DNA from: Guillardia theta CCMP2712
Lineage: Eukaryota > Protista > Cryptophyta
Reading direction: 5' to 3'
DNA length: 64,000 nucleotides
NCBI RefSeq assembly: GCF_000315625.1
Contig: NW_005434628.1
Span: 305,109 to 369,108, forward strand
Numbering within the stretch: position 1 is the stretch's first letter; each line of letters starts with the position of its first letter. The translations under genes and the position numbers were made by a program. Positions 1-12,068 of the stretch are shown one piece after another. The notes beneath the pieces are model-generated. The model did no database searches. It was not told the DNA's origin and was given only the letters and a program-made list of their open reading frames with translations.

Positions 1-112
1 CAAGTCCTACGACCTCCGGCTCAAGGTAGCTGAACCTTGTCCCTCCTGCTCCCTCCCTGCTTGTCGCTGAGATCTTGCGCAGGAGATCGAGATGGAGATT
101 GCAAGAGCTTGA
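1..112 (+). CDS. 3' end of an unidentified spliced gene (partial)
   Basis: Exon ...KSYDLRLK, GT-AG intron 26-82, last exon EIEMEIARA with TGA at 110-112. Confidence 0.55.
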
Positions 113-218
113 CGAAAGTTGAGAGGTTGTATCACTGACAAGCATGTAGAAACTTACAATCAATAAATCACAAGGCTGTAAATGGCCTCTTCGTCTCCGA
201 AGTTAACTCGCCCTCACG

Positions 219-2410
219 TCACTCCTTCACCATCAGCCGTTTGAACGACGTCGCGCGCTCGGGTGGCCATGGCGGCATCCCTACAGGAGCAGTCAGACCC
301 CAGCTGCTTCTTAGCTGCCAGGAGGACTTGACACCTTTCATCAGCTTGATGTTGACATCCGTGACGACCTGGAGGGTGTCCTCCAGCAGAGCATGAAAGA
401 TCCCGTGCAACCTGCCCAGCAGGGGCTTATCACGAGCTGCTGACGTCAGCACCATTGTCCCTTCACTCACCGCCGCGTGTGAGACTGCAGGTCAGGGTTG
501 CGGTTGACCTCCAGCAGGTAAACATGCCCAGAGACATCGATCAGGAGGTCGAAGCCCAGCAGCTGACCAGCAATCGTCACCCTCCTCCTCCTCCTCCTCC
601 GTCCGTACAGCTACCTGGAAGCACCCTCGCCGCGTTGAGAGCGTCGGCAGAGCAGCTTGCACGCAGTCAGTCATGATCCTCTCTATCCCTGCTGCTCGTC
701 AGCCAAGATCGCCTCCCCCTGCCCTGCAGACCTGGCAGGATCTGGTCGTCGAGCATGCCCCCCAAGTCCTTGCTCTCCAGGTACTGCCGGAAGCGAGACG
801 CGTCCCACACAGAGTCCTCGCCGAAGAGAGGATGGTGCTTCTGCACGCAGATGTTGGTGAGGTGCGATGATTTCCTCCCAAGGTCCTTGACGTCAAACGC
901 CTCACAAGCCCTGCAGGACATGTCGGGGGGCGCGGAGGGAAGGAGGGAAGGGGGGTACCTTCTGAGGTAGAAGTCGTCGTACCTCAGAAACAGCCGAGGG
1001 TTCACTGAAGCGACAAGGCAGAAGGCCCTGATGTCAAACTTTCGCCTGCAAGACTGTGAGAAGGAGGAGAGGAGCAAAGGGATGAAAGAGGAGGGACAGG
1101 GGGAGGAGCAAGTAGGGAGAGTGAGGCTGGGAAGGAGGAAGGGGGGGTTGGGGGGAGGGGGGGTAGAGGGGCCAAGAGGAGCAGGAAGGGGAGAGGAGTG
1201 GAAGAAGAGGGGAGTGAGAAGTCACCTTGCAATAAGGAGGGGGTTCATGATGTATTCCTGCAACATCTCAGGTAAGGAGAGGAGAGGAGGAGGAGGAGGA
1301 GGAGGAGCGGAGCTGAAATTGACCTGCAGGATGACTTCGTCCCCAGGTCTGAGGAGCCTCTTCTCCCCTGAAGCTGACTTCTTCCCTCGTTCTTTCTTCG
1401 CTGCGCTCCTCCTCTCCGCCCTTCCCTCCTCCGCCGCCCTGAGGGGCTCAATGACGTCGAGCGAGTCAACCCAGATGTCTCGCGATATGGCGGGAATGTC
1501 GCAGGTGCGGCAGACTACGATCCCCGTCCCCTGGTTGTTGTTGGAGGGCTTGATGATCCAGATCCTCTCGTCCCTCGCCATCTCCTCCCCCTCCTTCCCC
1601 AGCAGATCGCCAGCTCCCTGCAGGAGGCCCCGAGGGTTCGAGGCAATCTTGGACATGGGGAGGAAGCCGAGGTCGCAGCTAAGGTCGTTGTCAGAACAAG
1701 GATGAGGTCGTCGAAAGCTCTCTCCCTACCCCGAGCTCTTGGCGTGCTCCTCGAGGCATCGGAGGAGCTTGCTCTTGTTGGACTGAAGGGCAGCAACCCG
1801 TGATCTACCGCTCGATCAAGTCAATCAGAGCAGCTCACCAACACTTCAACTCCAGGAAGGACGTTCACCAGCTGCTCTCCTGCAGACACGTTTGAGTTGC
1901 GCTGCTATAGTAGCAGGCCCACTGACCAGCCCTGAAGGTGTCGAAGTTGACCTCCCACGTTTGCTGTACCCACCGGATTGCATAACTGAAATATCCAGGT
2001 ACCGGAGGGATCAGTCAACCCCCCAACATATCCGGCGAGTCAAGGCAGCCTGGGATTTTCTCACCTGTCATCATTCTTGGCGTTGAACGAAAGCCGTTGG
2101 TAGCCGTGCTTGGTGAACGTGTCGACGATGGACGGGAACCCGTTCCCTGCGCAGCCAGTCAACGTCAGCCAGTCTGCAAGTCACTCGCCATTGACGACGA
2201 AGAACGTCGGCTTCGCCCCCTCTTGACACCAGCTGGGCCGCCAGATGCTCTCCACCCCCTTGGGGTTTCCCAGCTCCGTGTTAACTTGTTCGAGGAGTTG
2301 GACGCATGTCAGCGGATCCCCCGTCGTGATCGACCAGCCGCTACTGCTGCTCGTCTTGTCAGCCCGCGCCCTGCTCGCCCCGTTGGCTCTGCTTCTCCCC
2401 GTTTCAGCCA
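219..2410 (-). CDS. Tubulin-tyrosine-ligase-like domain, most similar to TTLL10-type glycylases (multi-exon)
   Basis: Spliced exons give YAIRWVQQTWEVNFDTFRAGEQLVNVLPG, WIIKPSNNNQGTGI, QEYIMNPLLIA-RKFDIRAFCLV, HLTNICVQKHHP, GCFQ-LLGFDLLID..VYLLEVNRNPDL: the TTL ATP-grasp signatures. KPxxxNQGxGI and FRxGEQL resemble TTLL10. Confidence 0.85.
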
Positions 2411-4400
2411 GCTGCTCCAGCTGTAAAACTTCACCTTGAGGGCGAGACAAGACTCTGTGACCCACCTTGACACCCGGCCTGACGCCCACCGGAAGGCTCA
2501 GCAGCCCCTTCTCGGTACTTGACGTGCCCGGCACCTTCACAGGATCTGCTGCTGCCGCCAGCCAGCGTCAACTCCACGAGCCCCCCACTAGCGGCTCACC
2601 ATCATCTTCAGCTGACAACCTCGACGAACCTCTTGCTGAGACCGTTGCTCGGGCCGTGTGCTCGGATGAAGAGGGGGCTGACAGTGACCTGGTGGTCAAG
2701 AGCGCCCTCGGCGGCCTCGAAGGAGCCTTTGCCGAGCTCTCTTCCACCTGTTACGGGTACATTCCGTGTCAATGAGAGCCCAAGGGGCTGCGCGTTCAAT
2801 TGCCTTCTTCTGCTTCGAGAGACTCTGAGAGCCAGCGGTGACGCCGTTGCCTATCATAGGCAGAACCTCTAGCCCAGCTCTGCTCGAGCTTTCCGCCTTC
2901 TCAGCTCGCTTCTGTCGTCCTCACGTCACACAGGCATAGCACGAACCTTCTCACCTTGCGGGACTTTGACTTGCGCGACGGCAGGATGTCCCAGGCTTCC
3001 TTGGAGACCTTCGGGACAACAGGGGCCGAGAGCCTGACGAGGACGTCAACTGCGGCAGGGGGGAGGCAGCGGCACCTGATCCAGAAGGGAGTCTCGAAGC
3101 TGGAGGAGGGAGCTGACTCATGAGCAGAGGGCCGCGTGCTTGAGCTGAGACCCTGCTGGGGCAGATCCGTGCTCGTCCCATGATCTTGAAGGAGCGACCG
3201 GTCAAGGCCCTCACTGACATAGCGAGGCGTCCTCGACCTCAGCAGCCTCTTGCTCTTCACCGGCGATTCCTTGGGCTCGGACAACCTCGCAAACAGCCCT
3301 CTGGGAGTGTTGATCCTCCTCTCAGCATGCGGCGCATCGCTCTCTGTCCCTCTCGTCTTCCCCTTGACCTTGTCTTGACCTTCCTCGACGGAGTTAGAGG
3401 CCTTCAGGGGCTTCCTCGAGACCACGGACTTCCGCTTGCTCGCCTTCTTCGGGACGTCCTGCCCTTCTCCTCTCAGCTCCACAGCTCTGTTGTCATCCTG
3501 ACTCATATGCAAATTGTCGAGAAGGACTTCCTCCGCACTCTCCTCTACGATTTTCAGCCCCTCGGCATGAAGGCAAAGATCCTTCAAACTATCCGAAGCA
3601 TTGCTGTTTGGGCCAAGAGCTTCTCGATTTTCAGACATGCTCTGTCTGTACTGTTGGAGATCAAGAATGGAGCGTGTAGGAGCACAGAGTTCTTCAGTAC
3701 TCTCCTTCTCACTCTCTTCTTCAGCCTTCACGTCTTCCTCCTGAATCCTTAGATAATCAGCATGGTCTCCGAGGTAACGAGCCTTTACGTCTCCCTCTGA
3801 ATTCGCATGACGTTGCTCGTCGATTCCGCCTCCAGCGCTGATACCCGAGTCTTCGCACTCCTCAAGCACCATTTCTGCCGCACGCATATCCTGAGAGTGG
3901 ATTTGTGCTGCTGCTGGCAGCGGAGGAGGTATCTCAGCGCCTCGCTCCACTAGCTGTCGCTCCTCCTCCTCTGCCATCTCCTGCTCATGCACGCATGGCG
4001 TTATCCCTCGTTCTTCCAGCACCTTGGCCGCATCGTAGCCGCGAAGCAGCTCGATCCAGTTGTGCCGCTCAATGCAGCCGGAGCCATCGAAGTCCATGGC
4101 CCTGTGCAGCTGGACATGGGCGGCCTCGTCGATCATCCCCAGCAGAGGCCGCGAAGTTTGGAGGAACTCAGAGAGGTTGATCTTGCCATCGCAGTCGATG
4201 TCAAACACCTCGAACCCTTCCTCGGGGGTGAGCCCGTTGTACAGCAATGCAGCTGCGAGCAGGTTCAGCCCGGGGACGTGGAAGGAGAAGCAGGAGAGTT
4301 CGAGGTCAGCATGCGGGTCGCTTTGCAACGCGTGCAACGCGTCATTCGTCGTGCCCTCCGCCTCTTCCGCCTCCATCCTTCTCACGCAGCATGTAGTTGA
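2411..4400 (-). CDS. EF-hand pair plus long acidic/low-complexity linker; probably the N-terminal part of the TTLL gene
   Basis: ORF 2901-4385 has two EF loops (DIDCDGKINLSE, DFDGSGCIERHN). A GT donor at ~2954 precedes the ORF stop, and short exons continue toward the TTL domain. Start codon not resolved. Confidence 0.65.
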
Positions 4401-4925
4401 TTCCGGGGCTTCATGGTCTCAGAAGTGAGGCAAGGTAGGCTGCTTGAGCTGCGAAACAAGACGCAACATGTTTCAAGCATAACATGCTTCTAACGTCATT
4501 CGCGCGCACATCTCAACGGCCTGTCCAACCTGAAACCAAACTTAGTCGCGATGAAATGGCAAATAATTGACTGTAGAGGGGAGTCACGAAAGGTGAAGAG
4601 TGTTACGAATCTACGTTACAGGTTTCCATGGATCCCCTGCTCTCAAGCTAGAACATCTAGTCTGATCTGAACCTCGATGTTTCTCATCCTCAACCTCCAT
4701 GCTCCCTACTCCCTCGCCCTTTGAACAAAAACCAAATTTCAACCATTCCCTCTCTGAGCCAACTGCTGTCGGGCGCGCACCAGTGGCAAGATATAGTAAT
4801 ACCTGAAGACATTTGTCAACAAACTGACAACAATTAGAAGGTATATTATACCCGAAGGCAGAAAGTTTGCTGCCCCGGTTCCTCCGTATTAAATGTTTAC
4901 TCAACATTGTTGTCTGACTCTCGAA

Positions 4926-6258
4926 ATGGGGCGCGGATCTGACATAAGGCGCATGGGGAAAGGCGAATCGCGATGGCTGGGTATGGCAGCAATGGCAGCC
5001 ATGATCGCAGCTGTTGATAGTGTGGGACATGTATATGATAGGACGGGGACTTGCCTGAAGGCAAGAGCATGCACAAGGACTTCGAGTGAAGGGTTGGTGG
5101 CAGCGGGACACCCTGTCAGTTTCGTGTCCTCGTCCTGCCCTCTGTGGGGAAGGAGCAACGGATTTGACAGGAGAGACGGCTTGACCTCAGCAGGCCCAGG
5201 AGGAAGTCCGCGACTGAGAGTTGGATGCTCCGGACGAGAGAGCCTGAGATCCCGGCGCCCGTCCCTCCCCTCGCTGAACAGGCCGACGAGACGCTGCGGG
5301 TTAAGGATGTGCTTGTCTGAGGACGAGAGGAGACTTCTGTGGGAGAAGATAGAGGATCTCGACTCCGAGATGAATGTGGCGGTATCTGAAGAGAACTACT
5401 CGCGGGCAGCAGAGCTGAGGGATGAGATCGCCCGCCTGAAATCGACAGACCCCTACTCCAACGCGGAGGCAGAGCTCTCCATCGCCGTAGCAAACGAACG
5501 CTACGAGGAAGCGGCGGCGCTGAGGAAGAAGATGAAGGAGGTCGGAAAGCCGCCGGTGCTCCACAAGAAGGAGAAGAAGCTGCAGGCGCTCGAGCTCGCT
5601 CTAGCTACTCCTATCACCCAACCTGCTGACTCGCTCGGCATCAAAGCCAACAGCGATACAGTGACGAGGGGGGTGCGCATTCAGACGGTGGGCTTCTACC
5701 TGCCTGACCCGAGCTCTCCCTCCGATGGGCGTTTCATGTTCGGTTACAATGTCACGATCACCAACCTCAACAACGAGACCTGCCAGCTCCTCTCCCGTAC
5801 TTGGCTGATCAAAACGCGGGTGACGCCCTCCGACTCCAAGACTCAAGTTGTGAGTGAATGCTGACTGTGTGCGTCCGTGCGGTGAGAGTTTGATCTCTCT
5901 GCCAACTGCAGGTAAGTGGCTCCGGTGTGATCGGGCGGCAGCCGGTGCTGGGGCCGAACGAGAGTTTCACGTATTCTTCATTGTGCCCTCTGTCTCTGGA
6001 CGAGAGCTACCTCAGGAACCTCCCACAAGACAGAGTAAGAAACTGATGTATCTTGCTGATTGTATGAGATTGTGACGTCTGGTGAAGGTGCTCGGCAGCA
6101 TGGAAGGGAGCTACCTCATGGTGACGGGGGTGATGTTGCATCATGTGCTTGTTGGTTGATTTTGTGATCATTGCTAGTAGGCTGTTGGACAGACAGGCTT
6201 TCAGGCCATCATAGATCCTTTCTATTTCATTCTCCCAGTGGATGTCGAGATTTTCTGA
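4926..6258 (+). CDS. ApaG (DUF525) domain protein with two UvrB/UvrC (UVR) motifs and a signal+transit-like leader
   Basis: UVR motifs [21 protein letters not shown] and [21 protein letters not shown]. ApaG motifs GVRIQT..YLP..S...[12 protein letters not shown]...[42 protein letters not shown]. Hydrophobic N-terminus followed by an S/R-rich stretch. Stop at 6256-6258. Confidence 0.85.
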
Positions 6259-6461
6259 TAGTCACTTCTGATTCTACTACACCTAAACTTCTTGTTCGAT
6301 AAAACTCTGCTCGTTCCCACGAACACAGATTTTGCACGGTGTCATGCAAGGCTTGCACTTGCGATGTCATGATCTTCTCAAGTTTATATCGAAATCATAC
6401 TATACAATGCTTTGAAGCGAAAAAACAATCTTCTCAAAATCTTAAATACAGCCTTGGGTCG

Positions 6462-6638
6462 TTAACAGCACCGGTTCTTGTACGATATTTCCATTGACCC
6501 AGAATACTGTGAAACCATTTGCTCAAGCAAGCCATCATCAACATCTTCCGGTGCTGGCGTTAGAACGATTGATATGTCCATCTGGACCAAAGAGGAAGAC
6601 CGGCTCCTGCACTTCTGGCTCTTTGTAGAAGATTGCAT
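6462..6638 (-). CDS. Possible small orphan protein
   Basis: Short ORF (MQSSTK...VLTPAPEDVDDGLLEQMV...NRCC) downstream of a pyrimidine-rich leader; no recognisable domain. Confidence 0.3.
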   Translation of the reverse strand: MQSSTKSQKCRSRSSSLVQMDISIVLTPAPEDVDDGLLEQMVSQYSGSMEISYKNRCC

Positions 6639-7585
6639 TTTCGTGGATATCGTGAGATTGTATTGATGCAAGGAGGTCGGATCACGGATAGGAGAGGACA
6701 AGGAGGAGCAGCAAGGTAGGAGAGAGATTCAGGCGGGCAAACTAAAGAGTATGTAGGCAGGAGGCAGAGGAGGGAGGAAGTAAAAGACGCAGAGGGGAAT
6801 CGAAAGACGCGCAAGCCTCCGTGCCTGGGAAAGGGAAAGGGCAGATCAAGGAGCCAGCAGTTTTTACTACAAGGATCGTTTTGTACTGAATTTGATCAAA
6901 CCTGTCAGCATGTGTGCCTCCTTATAACGAAAAACTGTTCTTTAATGGTATCTGCAAACCGAGATCGGAAGCTTCTTTCGCACACTTACAGGATTTAAAA
7001 ATCATTAAATATAAACTAGTGAATTTTTAAAAGTCAGCTTGTATCTACTTGGAAAAGATAGGTTTTCGATGTTACTTTGGTCTAAATTGGAGGCTGGCAG
7101 ATGAAAAGAATAGTTTTCGTGCATAGAGCGACGTTAGGCAGTAAACAACAAGTCACGGCAGTTACGCACTCCGGCCAGCCGGTCAAACTTTAGTGAGTGC
7201 TGCCTCCAGGCCTGTGAGCGAGCAATTGCACTAGGTTTGTGTATTTGCGGAGAGCTGCCTCTTCTTTTCTCCATTACTTTTTGTGGGGCGGACTTGCTTT
7301 TTTACCTCCGACTCTCAAAGGGTTCGATGAAGAACGGCGCTGCTAGCTAGTAGTCTAGACGAACTGAAAGATGGAGCTCTCTACGAGCCTCATGCGTCAA
7401 AACAGGTCCGGGTCAGATGTCTAGCTTCAGTCTGTACGGCTTCGTATCTATTTGCAACAACATATGATGTTTTACACCACTAATCAGTGTATCTCGCCCT
7501 ATCGGTCAACTCACGGTGACCAATCTTGAATGAGGGTAGGAGATTACTGCTGTGAGTGTATGCACGACTCTTGTCAGCGATCCGT

Positions 7586-10500
7586 CTAGCTGACATCAGT
7601 AGAGCCAATTTCCTTCCTCATCAACTGACAGAGGCCAGTGAGCAATCCGAAGGGATAAAATGCACAGCGATTTCATCGTACCTTTTCCATTAGCTTGATT
7701 GTACTCCCGTCCACCTGGTCCCCAGCTTCTCGTCAGCTCCTCCTCCTCTGCATCCCCGTATTTACCTTAACGAGATGTGGAAGCGACTTGCTCGAGCGAT
7801 TCGTGTCAGCGAGTTCCAGCCTCCTGCGACCAGCCGTGAGCCATCGGAGGGGGGGCGGGAGGAGGACGAGGACGATCACCCGTCGGTGAGCTGTGCCTGA
7901 TGGGAGACAAGTCGAGAGAGGTTCTTCTGAAGCCTGTGGCTTCACGTCAGCAGCAGACGCGTCATCACCCGAATCTACATCTTCACGCAGAACAGCTGGA
8001 TGATATGCTTCTTGTCTCCTGCGGGCACCTGCACGCTCTGCGCTCTCTTCAGCTGGGAGGTTCCTCGACATGTCACTTGCTTCACCTTAGCCCGCGGGAG
8101 AGGAAGGGGAAGCGCATCCTGTAGCCCCATCCCTAGCAGCACCTGCGTCGCCATGTTGCGTGCCCAGTCCCATCCATGTGGCCCTGCCGAGGCTCTAGCC
8201 TTCGATGACGGGAGGATTTCGGAGGCGAGCGGGACTGAACTCTCATTGAAGGGGGTAGCGACGACGACATACATGTACTTGGCGTCGAAGAGCATCACCC
8301 CCGTCCGCGCTATCCCCTTCCGGCACTGCTCGCACCCACTGCACAGCTCGGGGCTCTTGAGGGAGGACGCAAGGAGTCAGCAAGGAAGGAGATGGAGCAG
8401 GGAACAGCAGACTCACCGCTGGCAAGTCTTCGGAGGCATCTTCGAAGGCATGGTGACTAGGAAGAGGGATCTTGACCATGGTGAGTCCAGACGACTCGAG
8501 GTCCAAGGTGATACTTTCCGATCTCTTGATCGGGTCCACAGCGAGGGTGCTCTGACTATCCCTGTCCAGGGGCTTTGACAAGGAGAGGGCATGAACTGAG
8601 CTCGAACGTGACGAGGGCAGCGACGAGTAGGCGTCATAGAGCTGGAAGGCAGAGCTTCTCCTTTTCGACTTGCTCTTCTCTCTTCCTTCCGTGTCTTCTC
8701 TTTGTATCGGGAGGGAGGTCGTGATAGGAACTGACTTTATCCGCTCCTCCCTCGTCTTGTGTCCCGGCACCAGGCCGATCCAGTTGTCGATTGCGAGACC
8801 CTTCCATGAGCTGTCAGACTTGTCTGGAGTGGGGCTGTTTGGCGAAGCCATGTTGAGCCTGATGAGCGCGTCGAGCTTGCGATCACAATCGGAGACTTTC
8901 TTCTGCAGGTTGTCGACTTTCTTCATGGCGTTGTATCCACTCATCTGATCGTTGAGGTGAAGGAGCTGGAGGATAGCAGGATGCATCAGGAGGAAGCAAA
9001 CATCAGCGTGCACATGTCACCAGGCTCTGCATCTTCAACTGTTCATCCTCTATCTTGATCTGTCTGGAGGCAATCTGACGAAGGCATCTCGTCACAACAT
9101 GGTTAGAGTCAATATCAACCGACCTCGTCGATGTTGAGTGTGAGCTGCTTGAGGACAAAGAGGATCGATCCAACGCTAGAGTCTTCCTCATTGTAGACGA
9201 GCGACGTTGCCATCTTTCTCTGCACGTACTTCTTGAGCTGCTCGCGGATGATCTTCTCGAAGTTTTCCGGGTCAACCTCCTGCTCCTGATCGCAATACTC
9301 GAGGTGGTTCGTGACCTCCTCGAAGTCTTCGTACGAGAAGTGAATCTCCTTGGTGCTGTGGAGCGTTCGCATGCCTCGATTGATCTCTTTGTAGGACAGG
9401 CTGTGGTTGTCGTCCTTGTCCAGGAAGGAGAAAAGTTTTGCGATCCTTTCGCTCAGGTCCTCGCTCGTGTTGTAGTGGATCAGGGTGGCCAGCAGCGGGT
9501 CGAGAGGACTGGCATGGTGAGACTCCAGTGAGCTGAGGGTCTTCATCTCTTGCATCCTCTTCCTCTCCTTCTCTCTTGCTACCGATGTGACGAACGCATC
9601 TGACGTGCACAGACATCAGCATTCAACTTGCAGGATCTCTTGGCTTACTCAGCAGCACCGCCACGAAGACATTCACGACGATCATTCCTCCTGCCATCCG
9701 CTCACTCTCTCCATGGCATCGTCTCGACCTCCCTCACCGATGACCATGTAGGACGAGAAGAACAGAACAGACTGCGAGCCGAAGCCGCTCTCTGGAAACA
9801 AGCTCCTCGACATCTCCACCCAACCATCCCCGGTGCTCACCTGACGTCGCACCGTCACCTGCCCAGCTTGCCTCCACCTCTTCGTGGCAACACACCGTGA
9901 ACATGGTGAAGAGCGAACGCTTGAAGTCGCCGAACAGCTCCTGGTCGGAGTCCTTGAAGATGTTGACGGCAAGTACCGCGTAAATGCAGGTAATGAGCAT
10001 AAGTATCACAAACGCGCTCAATAGCGGGAACACGGCCAATCTGATGACACATCGTCAAGCCTGTGGCAGGAGCGAGAGCAAACGATGAGCTCACGCAAGC
10101 GCGTCTATGATCTGCCTGAAGGATGAGAGAAACTGAAGCGACTTGACCGCTCGAAACACGCGAATCAGCCTGAGAACTTGAAGCTTGTTCTAGAGAGGCA
10201 AGATAGGACTAGATGTCACAGTTGCTGACTGTCATGAAGCATGTCAGCCTTACCGTCTCCGATATGCCGAGGCCGACGATGCTGACGACGACGATCTACA
10301 TCATTGTCAAGCTCATAGCTTTGCTCTCCTGCTGCCTTACCACGAAGTCGAAAATCTTCCAGCCGTCTCTCCAGAACTTTTTTCCATACGCAATCAGCAG
10401 GAAGATTAGCTCAGTGGTGTAGACGAGAGTAAAGAAGATGTCCAGATACTTGAAAGTCCTCTCTGTAGCTGAGCCTGATTTCGGCTGAATCTCCGCTTGG

Positions 10501-11321
10501 AGCATATTGATCACAAAGTTGGACAGGATGATTGTGGAGATGAGAACGTTCACCGTGCTGCTCTCAAAGAAAGTTTTCACGCTCCATTGTATCCTGGCAT
10601 ACATCGAGATGCTGGGATTAGTTCTCCTTTCCAGCTCGATGGCAGCTCGGACGACGGTCCTTAGGAACTCTACCCAAGTGTCTCGCTCGTCTGCTGACAC
10701 GAACGTTCTGAACGAGTAGCTTCTTCCTGCATTGTACCCATCCTGCGATGTCGTGACCTCGAAAGAGTACGCTGTGTTTCCGCATGTGTCGTCGTTGTCG
10801 TGCTGCAGATCTGGCAACAAATCATCATCAGCCTCCTCCTTCTACAGCAAGAGGGTGTACATTCTTTGGCTGTAGTCATCCTGCCGTCAGAGTCAGCAGC
10901 GCCTCCACGTTGCCCACCCGCTCACCTTCCTTCTTTGCCGCCTCGAGCTGTCCGCACAGCCTCGACCGACTCGACCTCGTGGAGGGGGATAGTCTCGCTG
11001 ACGATCTCCGAGTCCATTTTGCAGATCATCAGCAGCTTCTTCGTTACGATCACCTGCTCGCATGCTCGTCAGCGATGTGTGCAGCAGGATATAGGACCTG
11101 TCTCGGCTGCCATTTCGCAGAGGATGTAGCGTACTGAACGGGAAGGAGGCAAAGAAAGATTAGCATGGGAGCGAACAGGCAGGGTGAAAAAGAACCTTAT
11201 CCAAGTTCCCGCACTTCAACCTCTTGTTCTCTGGAGGCAGGCCCTGAGCAATGGTGCCACCAAGAAACTTGTCCTTGGGAGCTCGAGGAGGATCGGCCGA
11301 TTGTCCATTGACTGCCGCCAT
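7586..11321 (-). CDS. Single-domain (6TM) voltage-gated cation channel with N-terminal PH domain and C-terminal EF-hand
   Basis: PH-like segment (LKCGNLDK..KWQPR..FEVTTSQDGYNAGRSYSFR..ERDTWVEFL); S1-S3 (ILSNF..YLDIFFTLVYTTEL..WKIFDF); S4 LQVLRLIRVFRAVK; S5 FVILMLITCIYAVLAVNIF; pore FGDFKRSLFTMF-VSTGDGW; S6 FFSSYM..NVFVAVLL; EF loop DKDDNHSLSYKE. Confidence 0.85.
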
Positions 11322-11689
11322 CGGAAGGAGCAAGACTGGTACACCAAGATTAGGAGGAAGCGAGGATCTGATAATAATAATAGGAAAGCACAAAATCTTC
11401 CAACACCGCACATTAGACAAGCTGTTGAGCAACAGAGTGTCGAGATATGTGAACGATACACGTCTTTCTCTCATCTTCATCTGCCATCTTTTCCTCTCCC
11501 TCCCTCCCTTCCCTCGCTTCATGGAATCATGTATGCACATTCCTTGCAAGATGGTATTTTGTTCTCCCTGGAGTCAGAGAGTAGCCTCTTTTTACTTAGA
11601 GCTTCTCTTAGTCTTTCGTTGACCTTTGACCCCTCTCCTGACCTTTCTGCTGTGACTTGACATCTTCTACAATCTATTAACAGATAACC

Positions 11690-11830
11690 TACCCCCCAGC
11701 ATGCAAAATTAACCTTGAGAATCACGCTCACTTCAGACCCCCTTTGTTCTTTGGTAACCCCTGTCTTTTCGTTACATTTCCTCTAAAAATGACCCCTTCT
11801 TCAGTACCCCTACCCCCTAAGTTCCAGGGA
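11690..11830. promoter_or_regulatory. TACCCC/GACCCC-rich patch in a divergent intergenic region
   Basis: aaaaatgacccc...cagtacccctaccccc; the same words recur at 27340-27800, 30900-31330 (opposite strand), 39145-39310 and 58880-59410, all 5' of genes. Confidence 0.4.
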
Positions 11831-11899
11831 TGACATTCCGACTGTGGGCGTACCCTCAAGTCACTTCTTTGCTGCTGTCAACCCTCAGTCGGGCAACTT

Positions 11900-12025
11900 C
11901 TCCGCCGGACACTCAGTGCCGGCACCCGGGCCGCCGGCCCGGCCGCCGGGCAGCGCCGGATCGTCAGTCAAAAGTTCAACGGTTTTCAAACTTAAAACTT
12001 TGAGAGTGAAGAAAGTTTCAAACCA
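11900..12025. promoter_or_regulatory. CGG/CCG-rich quasi-palindromic patch plus AACTT/AAGTT motifs upstream of TRPM
   Basis: gccggacactcagtgccggcacccgggccgccggcccggccgccggg followed by aaagttca..aaactt..aaagtttc. Confidence 0.4.
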
Positions 12026-12068
12026 GCGCTCGCCCAGCAGGGTCACGGGGAGATTGAGCAAAGAGGAG

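Noticed and set aside
6840-7580. AT-richer intergenic stretch examined for RNA genes
   Set aside because: No tRNA, snRNA, rRNA or convincing repeat structure recognised.
11150-11170. gaaagattagcatgg resembles the U6 snRNA core
   Set aside because: No ACAGAGA box or flanking U6 sequence; it is the reverse complement of an intron branch-point/pyrimidine tract in the channel gene.
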